This document shows positions 24,330 through 35,489 of a stretch of 64,000 nucleotides of DNA, piece after piece. Location: NCBI GenBank assembly GCA_038134595.1, contig JAYPVM010000002.1, positions 1-64,000 on the forward strand. The letters are read 5' to 3'. Each line of letters starts with the position of its first letter. Position 1 is the stretch's first letter. Source of the stretch: Pseudomonadota bacterium (GTDB taxonomy: Bacteria > Bdellovibrionota_C > UBA2361 > OMII01). The position numbers were made by a program, and so were the translations under genes. The notes below the pieces were generated by a model that had not been told where the DNA came from, made no database searches, and was given only the letters and a program-made list of their open reading frames with translations.

Positions 24330-25688
24330 ATGGAAGATTTTCAATCGTCTGTTCAGGACATCGATGAGGTAACGAAGAAGATTACGGTTGTTGTTGCCAA
24401 GGAGCGAGTAAAGCAGGAGTATGATTCTTCACTCAAACAGGTGGGGAAAACGGCTCGCATCGATGGGTTTCGACCGGGTAAGGTGCCAAAGCACATGGTT
24501 GAGCGGATGATGGGAGACCGTATTCGGTTTGATGTCGCCAACCGGCTCATTAATGAAAGCTTGCAAAAGGTTCTCAAAGAGCAAGAGCTTCAAACCGTTG
24601 GACAACCCCAGATTGATCTACAGGAGATGCCGTCTGAGAAAGAACTCGAATTTTCGGCGACAGTCGAGCTGATTCCACAGCCTGCGATCGTTAATTACCT
24701 CGATAGGACTGTTGAGGTAAAGAAGGTCGAAGTTGGTGATGAGGATGTTGAGAAGCAGTTTCAGCAGATAGTCGAATCGAGGGCTGAGCTAAACCCGATT
24801 GAAGGGCGGTCGACTGCTGAAAAAGGCGACGTTGTAGCGTTGTCGGTCTCGATGAGGGTTGATGGAGATGGGGAGTTTTCGAAACCAGAGCCGTTTGTTG
24901 ATGAGCTTGGTGGTGGGCGTTTATCTCCGCAGGTTGAAGAGCAACTAGTAGGTGTCGAGACAAAGACCGAAAAAGAGATCGAGATTGCTGCCGATGAGAG
25001 TCATCCGTTAGAGGGTCTTCACGGAAAGAAGGTCGAATATAAAATTTCCCTTCATGGTATTTACTCGAAGAGGTTGCCAGAGTTAAACGATGAATTTGCT
25101 AAATCTCTGAATATGGATGTCGAGAGTGTCGAAGCTCTGAAGGCAAAGATCAAAAGTGATTTAGTGGCACGTGCAGAGAGTGATACAACAAGCGAGAGTC
25201 AAGGCGCATTATTGGATCTTATTTCATCGGAAAATGAGTTTAAGGTGCCACCGAGTCTCGTTGACGATGAGATTCGAGAGATGGTGCTTCGAATGGGCTT
25301 TGCAGGTAAAGACGCTAAGCCAGAATCAATCGATGTTGAGCAGTTTCGCCCGCATTTTGAAGAGACCGCGATTCAACGATTAAAGGTTGCTATTGTAGTT
25401 GATCGAATAGGAGCTCAAGAGGACGTGCAGGTCGAGGAAGCTGATACCAAGGCGATGATTGAGAAGATTGCTGAACAAAACGGAGTCTCGGTTGAAGTCG
25501 CAACCAAGGCGCTGTTAGACAAGTCTCGTATTGGGGGCTTCTTTGCGGAGGTTCGTAGAACAAAGATAGTCGATCTTCTTATGTCCAGAACAAAAGTTGA
25601 GTATGTGACTGAGAAAAAGTCCAAGAAGGAAAGCTCCGGAGGAAAGAAGGCTTCTAAGTCTAAGGGAGCCAAGGCAGCAGCCGGATAG
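24330..25688 (+). CDS. tig: Trigger factor
   Basis: DGFRPGKVP ribosome-binding signature, FKBP-like middle region, PELNDEFAK; ATG at 24330 after GAGGAGAGG. Confidence 0.95.
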   Translation: MEDFQSSVQDIDEVTKKITVVVAKERVKQEYDSSLKQVGKTARIDGFRPGKVPKHMVERMMGDRIRFDVANRLINESLQKVLKEQELQTVGQPQIDLQEMPSEKELEFSATVELIPQPAIVNYLDRTVEVKKVEVGDEDVEKQFQQIVESRAELNPIEGRSTAEKGDVVALSVSMRVDGDGEFSKPEPFVDELGGGRLSPQVEEQLVGVETKTEKEIEIAADESHPLEGLHGKKVEYKISLHGIYSKRLPELNDEFAKSLNMDVESVEALKAKIKSDLVARAESDTTSESQGALLDLISSENEFKVPPSLVDDEIREMVLRMGFAGKDAKPESIDVEQFRPHFEETAIQRLKVAIVVDRIGAQEDVQVEEADTKAMIEKIAEQNGVSVEVATKALLDKSRIGGFFAEVRRTKIVDLLMSRTKVEYVTEKKSKKESSGGKKASKSKGAKAAAG

Positions 25689-25724
25689 AGCAACAGAATT
25701 GTCCCTTTAGGCAGTCTTGTTGAG

Positions 25725-25765
25725 AGACGAGCTTCGCGCGTATATCGCGGGCTCGTCTTTTTTTT
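25725..25765 (+). terminator. Intrinsic terminator after tig
   Basis: AGACGAGC-TTCGCG..CGCGG-GCTCGTCT hairpin followed by a T-run. Confidence 0.85.
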
Positions 25766-26489
25766 GGGGGGGACTCTACGGGCTTGTTCGGCTCGAATGG
25801 ATTTTTTGGATTTGATTGTTTTAGGCGCCTAAAGACGGAGTGCATCTGAGTATAGGGGACTTTTGCTGTCTGCAATCCACATCCCCCCTAAAAAAACAAG
25901 TAAGAGAGTCCCCCAACTTTAGTTCGAGTCGGTTTTGGGGGTATCTTCGCAGCATGGCGAGGCTGGGTCTTTAGTTTTTAGTTGAAGCTGCGAGAGGTTG
26001 ACTAAACTCGTTTGAGGAGTAACTGTTTTATTGCCTTTTTAACCTCTCTTTTTATTGCTTAAGAGTCCATATCTAAGGTAGTTTCATAGAGGTTAAACGG
26101 GGAATACTTGATGCACTAGTCACGTGCGATTTCTGGCTTGTGGACAATAATTTCGAGTAGTGCCGGTATGGATCCCACGTTGACTTTGTACGGGAAGAGA
26201 TTATCGATGTAAGTGTCTTTTTTGTGGCGGGTCGGCTAGAGGCTCTCTCGGAGATACTTCTAAAAGGGGAGTTAGGAGGATACTTGTCTTCCATGCGCTA
26301 GCGCAGGCTCTATAGATTCGTGCGTGGGGTAGGATGATAGAGCAAAGGCTCTGCGATGGTATGCACCAGTGCTTTTAGCAATAGAGTACTCTTCAAGGTA
26401 GCGCCTTTAGAGTGGGCGAATTATATACGTAATGGCGCCATGTTCTCCTTTGCGTTGAATGAAATGGGGTGTCATAATCACCCCGGTAG

Positions 26490-26515
26490 CTTGAAAATTT
26501 GTGGACTAGCTTATA
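26490..26515 (+). promoter_or_regulatory. Possible RpoH(sigma32)-like promoter of clpP
   Basis: CTTGAA-N14-CTTATA about 100 bp upstream of clpP. Confidence 0.3.
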
Positions 26516-26614
26516 ACAAAGCAGGTTTGGCAAGCGGGATGGTTTCACGGTTTAAATTATCTCGAGTGTTGCATGTAATGCTCGGGAGAGTCTTAGTGGT
26601 AAAGGTAAACAAGT

Positions 26615-27220
26615 ATGGCTTATATTCCTTATGTTATTGAACAGACTGGTCGTGGTGAGCGATCATACGACATCTATTCTCGCTTACTGAAGGAGCGAAT
26701 TATCTTTTTAGGAACGGATGTAAACGATACCATCGCCAATAGTATCATTGCCCAGCTTTTGTTTCTTGAAAGTGATGATCCCGAAAAGGATATTTATCTC
26801 TACATCAACAGCCCCGGAGGAGTCGTGACCTCGGGAATGGCGATTTACGATACGATGCAATACATCCGTCCGGATGTAGCCACAGTGTGTGTGGGGCAAG
26901 CCGCAAGTATGGGCGCTGTTTTGCTGGCCGGGGGTGCTAAGGGTAAGCGTTCAGCGCTTCCACATTCGAGAATTATGATTCATCAGCCTCTCGGAGGTTT
27001 TAGTGGTCAAGCATCTGATGTTGAGATTCACGCTAAAGAGATGTTGCGAATTAAGCAGGAATTAAATCATATCCTTGCAAACCACTGTGGAAAACCGCTA
27101 GCACAGGTTGAAGAGGATAGCGATCGAGACTTTTTTATGTCAGCCGCACAGGCCAAAGAGTACGGTCTGATTGACGATGTGTTTGAGCGACGAGCACAAG
27201 ACGACCAGAGTAAGGAGTAA
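26615..27220 (+). CDS. clpP: ATP-dependent Clp protease proteolytic subunit
   Basis: [40 protein letters not shown]. Confidence 0.98.
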   Translation: MAYIPYVIEQTGRGERSYDIYSRLLKERIIFLGTDVNDTIANSIIAQLLFLESDDPEKDIYLYINSPGGVVTSGMAIYDTMQYIRPDVATVCVGQAASMGAVLLAGGAKGKRSALPHSRIMIHQPLGGFSGQASDVEIHAKEMLRIKQELNHILANHCGKPLAQVEEDSDRDFFMSAAQAKEYGLIDDVFERRAQDDQSKE

Positions 27221-27320
27221 GACTGCTTTTGATGAGGCGGTCAGTAGTTGGACCGTCGGAGATATCAGTGAATGTGTGGTCGATGATGTGTAGGGAACGT
27301 ATAGGAGAAGGTGAGAAGCT

Positions 27321-28586
27321 ATGAGTAAGTCAGGAGATAAAGGAAGACACACTCTTGTTTGTTCATTTTGCAATCGCTCTCAAGAAGAGGTTCGTAAGCT
27401 TATAGCGGGTCCATCGGTATACATTTGTGATGAATGCATAGAGTTGTGTAATGATATTATCGCAGAGGAAGTAGAGGGAGAGGCCGCACCACAGCAGACG
27501 GGGCTGTCGCAGGTTCCAAAGCCTAGGGAAATCAAAGCTTACCTCGATCAATACGTCGTTGGACAGGAGTTTGCCAAGAAGTCTCTCTCAGTCGCTGTTC
27601 ACAATCATTACAAAAGACTTGAATCAAAAGCGAGTGGCGGAGATGTTGAGATAGCTAAATCAAACATCTTGCTTATTGGGCCAACGGGTACAGGAAAGAC
27701 CTTATTGGCTCAAACGCTTGCAAGGATCTTGCAGGTTCCGTTTACTATTACTGATGCTACTACACTTACTGAGGCTGGATATGTCGGTGAGGATGTCGAG
27801 AATATCATCTTAAACCTTCTTCAAAATGCTGATTATGATGTAGAGCGGGCGCAACGTGGGATTGTCTACATCGATGAGATAGATAAGATCACCCGCAAAG
27901 CAGAAAATCCGTCAATCACCAGAGATGTTTCTGGGGAAGGGGTGCAACAGGCGTTGTTAAAGATGTTAGAAGGTACGGTTGCAAGTGTGCCTCCAAAAGG
28001 TGGGCGGAAGCATCCGCAGCAGGAGTTTTTGCAGGTTGATACTAGTAATATCCTCTTTATCTGTGGTGGTGCTTTTGTTGGATTAGATGACGTTGTTCGG
28101 CACCGAGTTGGGGAGAAGAAGCTTGGCTTTGGTTCGAGCGCAAAAGAACCGAAAAAAGTAAAGCTTGAGGAGAAAAAGTCGCTATTGGGAACCTTGCAGC
28201 CCGAAGATCTTTTGAAGTTTGGACTTATACCAGAGTTTATCGGGCGACTTCCGATGATAGCAGTGCTCGATGACTTAGACGAAGCCGCCTTGGTTCAGAT
28301 TCTTGTAGAGCCAAAGAATGCGTTGACCAAGCAGTATAAGAAACTCTTTGAGATGGAAGATGTTCAACTTCGTTTTTCAGACGATTCGTTGAAAGCGATC
28401 GCTCAAAAGGCAATCGAAAGAAAGTCCGGCGCACGAGGATTGCGAGCGATCCTAGAGGAGATAATGCTTGAGGTCATGTATGAAGTTCCCTCAGAGCCTG
28501 ACGTGAAAGAGATTATCGTCTCAGATGATACGGTTGAGAAGGGGGAAAAGCCTCTCATTGTTTACCAGCACGCGGAATCAGCGTAA
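27321..28586 (+). CDS. clpX: ATP-dependent Clp protease ATP-binding subunit ClpX
   Basis: C4 zinc finger [31 protein letters not shown] loop, GARGLR. Confidence 0.98.
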   Translation: MSKSGDKGRHTLVCSFCNRSQEEVRKLIAGPSVYICDECIELCNDIIAEEVEGEAAPQQTGLSQVPKPREIKAYLDQYVVGQEFAKKSLSVAVHNHYKRLESKASGGDVEIAKSNILLIGPTGTGKTLLAQTLARILQVPFTITDATTLTEAGYVGEDVENIILNLLQNADYDVERAQRGIVYIDEIDKITRKAENPSITRDVSGEGVQQALLKMLEGTVASVPPKGGRKHPQQEFLQVDTSNILFICGGAFVGLDDVVRHRVGEKKLGFGSSAKEPKKVKLEEKKSLLGTLQPEDLLKFGLIPEFIGRLPMIAVLDDLDEAALVQILVEPKNALTKQYKKLFEMEDVQLRFSDDSLKAIAQKAIERKSGARGLRAILEEIMLEVMYEVPSEPDVKEIIVSDDTVEKGEKPLIVYQHAESA

Positions 28587-28927
28587 GAGAGATAAAGTCT
28601 CCTTGGCTGTAGGCCGGCCTCTAGATACAGTGTCCCTCCAGATAAAGGCGCCTAGGATATGATCTACCAGTGAGATGATTTCTCACGAACCAATCGAATG
28701 ACTGCTACCTAAAATGCATGCACCCGCTAGTAATATAACAGTGGTTTGCTATTTGCGGTATAAGCTCATGTGTAAGGAATCATTGTTGATTAAATTGTGA
28801 TTTTTTTTGAGCTCTTATAGCATCATAGTATTAGATAGTGGTGTGCGTCCTAGAGCATGGTGCTACACTGGTGAGATAGCGATGTGATTTGCTAGGTATC
28901 TTATCGGATGTCCATTGAGACTTTTTA

Positions 28928-28965
28928 GTTTGGTTTAATCCACACGGTTTGGTTTAATCCATACG
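28928..28965. repeat. 19-bp tandem duplication
   Basis: GTTTGGTTTAATCCACACG GTTTGGTTTAATCCATACG (1 mismatch). Confidence 0.85.
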
Positions 28966-29162
28966 CAGGGCCTCTTCGGAGAAAATACCCTCTAAGGCAC
29001 CATTTTCGATAGGATCTTCGGCGGGAGTCATTTGGTTTTGTAGATGCACGAGAGTAGTAGTCTCTTGGGGTATCGAAAGGAAAGGGCTCTTCTGCTGGAA
29101 GTCGTTTTGAGAAAACTATCCGATGGTATTTAGTTTAAGAAATTATACAGAGAAGCGAGATA

Positions 29163-31622
29163 ATGAAGCCACCGATTACCAATCCAGTTCCACTTCTGCC
29201 GTTAAGAGAGTTAGTTGTTTTTCCGCAACAGGTAGTACCCCTGTTTGTAGGAAGAGAGAAGAGTGTTAAGGCGATTGAAGAGTCTCAACGCGAAGGTAAG
29301 TACATCTTTTTGGCCGCACAGAAAGATGCGCGCACCAGTAACCCTGGTCCTAAGGACATATTTACAACGGGTACCTTGGGGGAAGTTGTGCAGCTTATTC
29401 GCTTAGCTGATGGCCCAATTAAAGTTTTGGTTGAAGGTAAATGTCGTGCACGAATTAAAAAGGTAGTTCGTGAAGATGAGTTCATGCTTGTCGATGCTGA
29501 AGAGATAATTCCCAATGTGGAGGTGTCGACAGAGCTAAAAGCTTTAATGCGTTCGGTGAACGTAACGTTCGAAAACTACGTTAAGTTGGGTAAGAAAGTT
29601 AATCCTGAGATGATCATGCAGGTAAATGCCATCGAGGATCCTTCGAGGCTTGCAGACGCAATTGTCGTTCAGCTAAACATCAAGCTCGAGGATAAGCAGG
29701 AGATACTAGAGACGATTGAACCACAGGCTCGATTGGAAAAGATCCTAGGGCATATGAAGTCTGAGATTGAGATCCTTCAGGTAGAGAAGAGAATTCGAAG
29801 TCGAGTCAAAAAGCAGATGGAGAAAACTCAGAAGGAGTACTATTTAAACGAGCAGATGAGAGCAATCCAAAAAGAGCTCGGTGAAAAAGACGATTTTCGA
29901 AATGAGATTCAGGAGCTTGAGGATAAATTTAAGGCAAAAGATATGCCTGAAGAAGCTCGTGAAAAGACAGAGAAGGAGATTCGCAAACTTAAGATGATGT
30001 CTCCGATGTCGGCTGAGGCTACAGTGGTTCGAAACTATGTAGATTGGATGCTGTCACTGCCTTGGAATGAAGTATCGGATGAAAAGATCGAGATTGAGGG
30101 AGCCAGAGACGTTCTTGATGAAGATCATTACGGCCTAGAAAAGGTCAAGGAGCGTATTTTAGAATACCTCGCGGTTCAGAAATTGGTCGGAAAGATTCGG
30201 GGGCCAATTCTTTGTCTTGTGGGGCCTCCAGGGGTAGGAAAGACCTCGCTTGGAAAATCGATTGCAAAATCTACTGGCCGACAGTTTGTGCGAATTGCTT
30301 TGGGTGGAGTTCGTGATGAAGCCGAGATTCGGGGTCATCGACGAACCTACATTGGCGCGATGCCAGGCAAGATTATCCAATCTCTCAAGAAGGCTAACTC
30401 GAGTAATCCAGTGTTCTTGCTGGATGAAGTTGATAAAATGTCGACAGATTTCAGGGGAGATCCTTCATCTGCTTTGCTTGAAGTGTTAGACCCTGAACAA
30501 AATGATAGCTTCAATGATCACTATCTAGATTGTGATTATGATCTGTCCAAGGTGATGTTTATTACTACGGCAAACTCACTTCACACGATTCCTCAACCGT
30601 TGATGGACCGTATGGAGATTATTCGACTCTCTGGATACACAGAGCTTGAAAAGATAGCTATCTGTAGGAAGTACTTACTAGAGAAGCAGCTTAAGGAAAA
30701 CGGCCTAAAGCTAGAAAATGTTACGGTGCATGATGGTGTCTACTCAGAGATTATAAACCGCTATACACGAGAGGCGGGGGTTCGTAATCTGGAGCGTACC
30801 ATCGCTACGTTGTGTCGAAAGGCGGCAGTAGAGATAGTTGAAAAGGGGGCTGACGCTGTTGTCGAGATAACACTTGATAATCTCCCCCGATTTCTAGGTC
30901 AGCCTAAGTTTAGATACGGCAAATCAGAGGACTTGGACCAAGTTGGTCTTGCAACAGGATTAGCTTGGACTGATAAGGGTGGAGAATTGCTTGTTATCGA
31001 AACAACGATTTTACCCGGTCGGGGGCGCTTGCAGATTACCGGTAAGTTGGGGGATGTAATGCAAGAGTCTGCTAAGGCGGCTCTTAGTTATGTTCGCTCT
31101 AGGGCAAGCGTGTTCGGACTTCCTCGGTATTTCTATGATAAAATAGACATTCATGTGCACGTTCCGGAGGGAGCAATTCCAAAAGATGGTCCGTCTGCTG
31201 GTATTACAATGGCGACCTCAATGGTTTCTGCGCTGACTGGCATTCCAATTGACAAGCAAATAGCCATGACAGGGGAGATTACTCTTCGTGGAAATGTGCT
31301 CCCGATTGGCGGTCTTAAGGAAAAGGCGCTTGCCGCTCACCGAGGTGGGATTAAACGAGTTCTGTTTCCGAAGGAAAACGAAAACGACATTGAGGAAATA
31401 CCCGCAACCGTTCGAAATGAGCTTGAGCTGATTCCGGTGTCTCATGTAGACGAGGTTCTTTACGAAGCGCTTAGGTGCCGGACTCCACAAGACTTCGCTT
31501 CATTTCTCGAAAACAAGAAGGTTCGTGATGAGCTCTTGTACGCCGAGGACAAGAAGAAAGAGGAATTGGGAGAGGCAAAGCCTGGGGCTGAAAAGCCTTC
31601 AGCCAGTATCGTGGCTCATTAG
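29163..31622 (+). CDS. lon: Lon (La) ATP-dependent protease
   Basis: LPLR N-domain, [27 protein letters not shown] catalytic Ser, IGGLKEK. Confidence 0.98.
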   Translation: MKPPITNPVPLLPLRELVVFPQQVVPLFVGREKSVKAIEESQREGKYIFLAAQKDARTSNPGPKDIFTTGTLGEVVQLIRLADGPIKVLVEGKCRARIKKVVREDEFMLVDAEEIIPNVEVSTELKALMRSVNVTFENYVKLGKKVNPEMIMQVNAIEDPSRLADAIVVQLNIKLEDKQEILETIEPQARLEKILGHMKSEIEILQVEKRIRSRVKKQMEKTQKEYYLNEQMRAIQKELGEKDDFRNEIQELEDKFKAKDMPEEAREKTEKEIRKLKMMSPMSAEATVVRNYVDWMLSLPWNEVSDEKIEIEGARDVLDEDHYGLEKVKERILEYLAVQKLVGKIRGPILCLVGPPGVGKTSLGKSIAKSTGRQFVRIALGGVRDEAEIRGHRRTYIGAMPGKIIQSLKKANSSNPVFLLDEVDKMSTDFRGDPSSALLEVLDPEQNDSFNDHYLDCDYDLSKVMFITTANSLHTIPQPLMDRMEIIRLSGYTELEKIAICRKYLLEKQLKENGLKLENVTVHDGVYSEIINRYTREAGVRNLERTIATLCRKAAVEIVEKGADAVVEITLDNLPRFLGQPKFRYGKSEDLDQVGLATGLAWTDKGGELLVIETTILPGRGRLQITGKLGDVMQESAKAALSYVRSRASVFGLPRYFYDKIDIHVHVPEGAIPKDGPSAGITMATSMVSALTGIPIDKQIAMTGEITLRGNVLPIGGLKEKALAAHRGGIKRVLFPKENENDIEEIPATVRNELELIPVSHVDEVLYEALRCRTPQDFASFLENKKVRDELLYAEDKKKEELGEAKPGAEKPSASIVAH

Positions 31623-31705
31623 TTAGACTTCGAGTGCTTTTGTATCAATGAATGCGGTGGTGGCCTATTTTTTCAGGCCCTCGCCGCAAACTTTACCGCT
31701 ATCCA

Positions 31706-31734
31706 TTGACTTTTATCCGATTGGTAGGTAGTTT
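31706..31734 (+). promoter_or_regulatory. Putative sigma70 promoter of tRNA-Val
   Basis: TTGACT-N17-TAGTTT about 100 bp upstream of the tRNA. Confidence 0.5.
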
Positions 31735-31834
31735 CTCCGGTGTCCAATTGAAAGGTTCGTCGTTATTGACGAGTCTAAAAAGGAGCTACTGGTAGCCTTT
31801 AAGAGGCTCTTTAGATGGCTCCTGTTATCTAAGC

Positions 31835-31910
31835 GGGCGCTTAGCTCAGTTGGTAGAGCGTCAGCCTTACAAGCTGAATGTCGTAGGTTCGATCCCTGCA
31901 GCGCCCACCA
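31835..31910 (+). tRNA. tRNA-Val(TAC), CCA encoded
   Basis: GGGCGCTTAGCTCAGTTGGTAGAGCG TCAGC-CT-TAC-AA-GCTGA ... GTAGGTTCGATCCCTGC AGCGCCCACCA. Confidence 0.97.
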
Positions 31911-32119
31911 CTTTTTTCAATTTTCTTAAAGTCTCTTGATTAGGTAGCGCCTCGTACAAGGCTTGCTAGTATTTTTATTAAAGCGAGCTCTATCTGATGA
32001 ATTCCGAGGGCTCGTTGAAGCTACGTTTCCTTATGACGTAATTATCCAACCGCACTCCCGCACCGTGTATGTTGCTGTTATGCAGCAACTACAGGTGGGG
32101 GTCGCGGACTAGTCACGGA

Positions 32120-34342
32120 CTAATTGTCATATTTCTTTCGAGTCACGCTACCATCGGCTTTTAGTTCAACGGAAATCCAATCCCATTGCTTGAGAGCGTT
32201 ATCTCGGAAACGAGGAGCTGCGATGTGCAAGTCTGCTCTAGGATCCGATATCTCAGGTGTTCGAGAAAACAGCATGCTGCCATCTGAGCGTACTTGAGAG
32301 TATTGGTAGTATTTCAAGTTTCTTGGGAGCTCTCCTGAGACACGAGCGGTCGTGTTGAATCGAATCGCGTTATCGTAATGGACAACGTGAGCGGGCATAG
32401 CTCTTGAAACAAGCTGCTCAACCCCTGATTTAGACTCAGTAGATGGTGTGTGCATCAACATCACCGGCATGGGTGCACTTCCAACGGAGTTTACTGTGCG
32501 TAAAATGCGATAGTGTCCATCAAGACCAACTCCTGCGGGGCTATGTAATCCTGTAGAGCCCGAAGAGACATCTACCTTCGATGCATCTGCTATAGGATAG
32601 ATACCGCTTCCGTAATGGTCTTTAGGAGGTGTCCATGCATAGACAAAATCTACATTGGATGCCTTGGATAGGTGGACCTCTCCTTGAGTCGCTTTCTCTA
32701 CCCTAACCGAGCCAGAGTCAGCGATGCTGTCGCTTGGAGACGCGGGCTCTTCGCTCTTCGGATTCGGCGCATCAGCGGCTGTTACCTGCAATGGTGGTTG
32801 ATTTGTGGGATTTTCTGGATTCGATTGGATAGAACCATCTTGGTACCGATAGACAGTTTTTGTGCTCCATGAAATAGAGCCGTCGCTGTTAACCCCAGGG
32901 CGCAATACTGCCAAATCAGCTGATGCATCTATACTAGATGCAAGAACAACGCTTCCATCGCCTCTGACCTCTGCATGGTTGTATGTCTTGTCGCCAACCT
33001 TGACGGCATCAAAAAGTACCTTCGGTGCATTAAATGCCATCGAAGAATCATGCTGCGTATTGAGTGCATATGCCTGTACTGCGATGCTCTGGAGATAGGA
33101 CGATTCATCACGGGAAAAAACCGGAGGATCTCGTTGGATGATACGAAGGATACTGGCCGAGTCATCGTAGGAGTTGCTCCGAAGAAAGAGGTATTCTCTA
33201 GTTCTTGTAGTACTATTGTCGAGGCCAGCGGGTTTTACTAGACCGAGTGGAGAGCGAGTATGATCGATACTGCTCTGAACCTCATCTGGGACGGAGGTGA
33301 GGGTGCTCTTTGTTATGATTGGCAAACTTTCTGCATACGAACGAAGAAAGGCTAGGTTTGAATTTTGTTCTAATTCTGTAGAACTCTCGTTTGTAATGAT
33401 TGTAGACGGAGCCTCGCCCTGCTTGGTTATGAGATTCGGTGAAGATTCCTCCTGCACCTTCATCTCATCTTCAACAGAAATTGAATCAGGAGACAGTGTA
33501 AGTTCTCTTCCTCCGATTACTATTTTAGCAGAGAGATCCCCAGGTGGTAGTGTCATACTTAGTATTGCACTCCCATCTGGTTTTACGGTGCGGCGAACAT
33601 CGTAAAAGCCGTCGACGCGAGCGCTAAGTGTGCACTTATCTAGAGATGATTGAATCTTTGATCTGCTAGAACCGTTAATCTTAGTAACCTCAAAATCAAT
33701 TTTTGCTTTTGCCTGTTCAGGTGTGAGATGAACTACTCCTGTAATTGAGCCGTCCTTGTTTTTAGATGTCTCAATAGACTGGACAGGAGTGTTTTCGAGG
33801 GCTTCACCTGCTATTCTTTCGGTTTCTTTACCGCTCTGATTTGCAATAGCTTCCAAACGAGAAAAGCTTTGCGATGCGTGGTGCGGTATAAATAGTGTGG
33901 CGTTTGTTGCCTGTGAGTACAGAGTGAAACTGACGGTGTATCTTCCGTCTGAATTTCTTGTTGATGACATCTTGCAAAAATTTGTTTTATTACGTGTATC
34001 GAAAAATTCAGAACTAGCCTTTCCTCGAGGGAGGTTGACGGTGTAGTTTATAGCTTTTCCGTTGTGCGTAGTAGTAGTTCGAAAGTTTATATCGTGTGGC
34101 TGTACGCCTTTTGGAAGCGTAACCATCCCTGTAACACTTCCGTCTGAATTTACAGTGGTTGTAATCTGTGGAGCTTCAGTTAGATGCTGCGATCCCCTAG
34201 AGGACGTTTGTCGTCCGCTGAATAGGCGCCGAATTGGGCCTGTAGAACCTCTGCCCAGTAATCGACACCCGTGCGATGGTGGCTGTTGTTTTCGTTGCTG
34301 TTGTCTTGCACCGTAGCATGCCGGATTTGCAAACCTTCCCAT
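32120..34342 (-). CDS. Hypothetical 740-aa protein with internally duplicated beta-rich domains
   Basis: Long ORF with GGAGG SD; repeated xDGS beta-turn motifs in two pairs of domains; no signal peptide. Confidence 0.75.
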   Translation of the reverse strand: MGRFANPACYGARQQQRKQQPPSHGCRLLGRGSTGPIRRLFSGRQTSSRGSQHLTEAPQITTTVNSDGSVTGMVTLPKGVQPHDINFRTTTTHNGKAINYTVNLPRGKASSEFFDTRNKTNFCKMSSTRNSDGRYTVSFTLYSQATNATLFIPHHASQSFSRLEAIANQSGKETERIAGEALENTPVQSIETSKNKDGSITGVVHLTPEQAKAKIDFEVTKINGSSRSKIQSSLDKCTLSARVDGFYDVRRTVKPDGSAILSMTLPPGDLSAKIVIGGRELTLSPDSISVEDEMKVQEESSPNLITKQGEAPSTIITNESSTELEQNSNLAFLRSYAESLPIITKSTLTSVPDEVQSSIDHTRSPLGLVKPAGLDNSTTRTREYLFLRSNSYDDSASILRIIQRDPPVFSRDESSYLQSIAVQAYALNTQHDSSMAFNAPKVLFDAVKVGDKTYNHAEVRGDGSVVLASSIDASADLAVLRPGVNSDGSISWSTKTVYRYQDGSIQSNPENPTNQPPLQVTAADAPNPKSEEPASPSDSIADSGSVRVEKATQGEVHLSKASNVDFVYAWTPPKDHYGSGIYPIADASKVDVSSGSTGLHSPAGVGLDGHYRILRTVNSVGSAPMPVMLMHTPSTESKSGVEQLVSRAMPAHVVHYDNAIRFNTTARVSGELPRNLKYYQYSQVRSDGSMLFSRTPEISDPRADLHIAAPRFRDNALKQWDWISVELKADGSVTRKKYDN

Positions 34343-34569
34343 AAGACCTCCATAAATATCTTGTTTATCTATTTACAGAAGAGGATATGGACTTTTAGAA
34401 AAGAAGCGTGACCTGAAAAAGCGAAAAAGTGTTGAAATATAGCTAGTTACAGCTCCTTTCGGCTAGTATCACTTGAGGATTGCTACGTACACCTCCGGAG
34501 CGTCCGAAACGAGGCTAGACGACCTGTTTTCAACTCCGGGCGTGAAAAGAGGGAAAGAGCTCTTGAGTT

Positions 34570-35466
34570 CTATTCGCTAGACGAGATACGAGCGCCGTTA
34601 TCTCTGCGTGTTGTGTCGATAGGAGTGATGCCAGCTAGCTCACCGATTACGTTTACAAGCTCACCATTAGCTGGGACTACAACTTTTGCATTACTCTTGA
34701 GAGCTGTTTCTACCGCTTCAAGCTTTCGAAGTACCTGTGCATTACCAATAAAGTACTGTTCAGCGGCTTCGTTTACGAGGCGGATGGCTTCAGCTTCACC
34801 CTCAGCCTGAAGAATGCGAGCTTGCCTAACTCCTTCGGCGTGTTTTATCTGAGAACGTTTTGCACCGTCGGCTTGTGTCTCTGATGCCGTGGCGAAATCT
34901 ACAGCCGCGATCTTTTCGTTTTCTGCCTTTACAACCTTGTTCATTGTCTCTTGCACATCTCGAGGCGGGTCGATCTCTTTTAGCTCTGTTCGCACGATCT
35001 GTAATCCCCACGGTTCGGTTTCAGTTGTGAGGATTCGGTGAAGTTCTTCGTTAATCTTTCCTCGCTCACTGTTCGCAGATTTAAGCGTAAGGTTTCCGAT
35101 GATGTTTCGTAGAGTGGTTCGTGCGAGGTTTACAATTTGATATTGGAAATTATGCACGTTGTATTGTGAGGCTTTAACACTTGATTCGTCTCCCTTGACC
35201 TTGAAATATACCTGAGCGTCCACGCGAGCGTTCAAATTATCATCGGTAATAATCTCTTGTGGCTCAGCATCTACCATGGTCTCTGTGATATTTACTTTGT
35301 ACATCATATCAACAACCGGAATAATCCAATGAAAGCCTGGTTCAGCAAAGCGGCTGTATTTACCAAATCGCTCGATGAGTGCGCGGTGGGTGGGGCGCAC
35401 GATCCGAATACCCAACAAAAATAGACCGAGGGATACAAAAATTAGAAATCCGAGTATCGATGACAT
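34570..35466 (-). CDS. SPFH/band 7 (QmcA-like) membrane protein
   Basis: N-terminal TM, IERFGKY...PGFHWIIP, Q..IT.DN...VDA, TTLRNIIG, PWG, AEGEAEAI. Confidence 0.92.
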   Translation of the reverse strand: MSSILGFLIFVSLGLFLLGIRIVRPTHRALIERFGKYSRFAEPGFHWIIPVVDMMYKVNITETMVDAEPQEIITDDNLNARVDAQVYFKVKGDESSVKASQYNVHNFQYQIVNLARTTLRNIIGNLTLKSANSERGKINEELHRILTTETEPWGLQIVRTELKEIDPPRDVQETMNKVVKAENEKIAAVDFATASETQADGAKRSQIKHAEGVRQARILQAEGEAEAIRLVNEAAEQYFIGNAQVLRKLEAVETALKSNAKVVVPANGELVNVIGELAGITPIDTTRRDNGARISSSE

Positions 35467-35489
35467 ACTTTTTCTCCTTTTTTACACTA

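Noticed and set aside
26360..26400. CIRCE (HrcA) operator upstream of clpP
   Set aside because: Only a TTAGCA fragment; the TTAGCACTC-N9-GAGTGCTAA inverted repeat is absent.
26073..26640. ORFs 26073-26294 (-) and 26356-26640 (+) in the tig-clpP spacer
   Set aside because: No recognisable motifs; the second overlaps the clpP start and its putative promoter.
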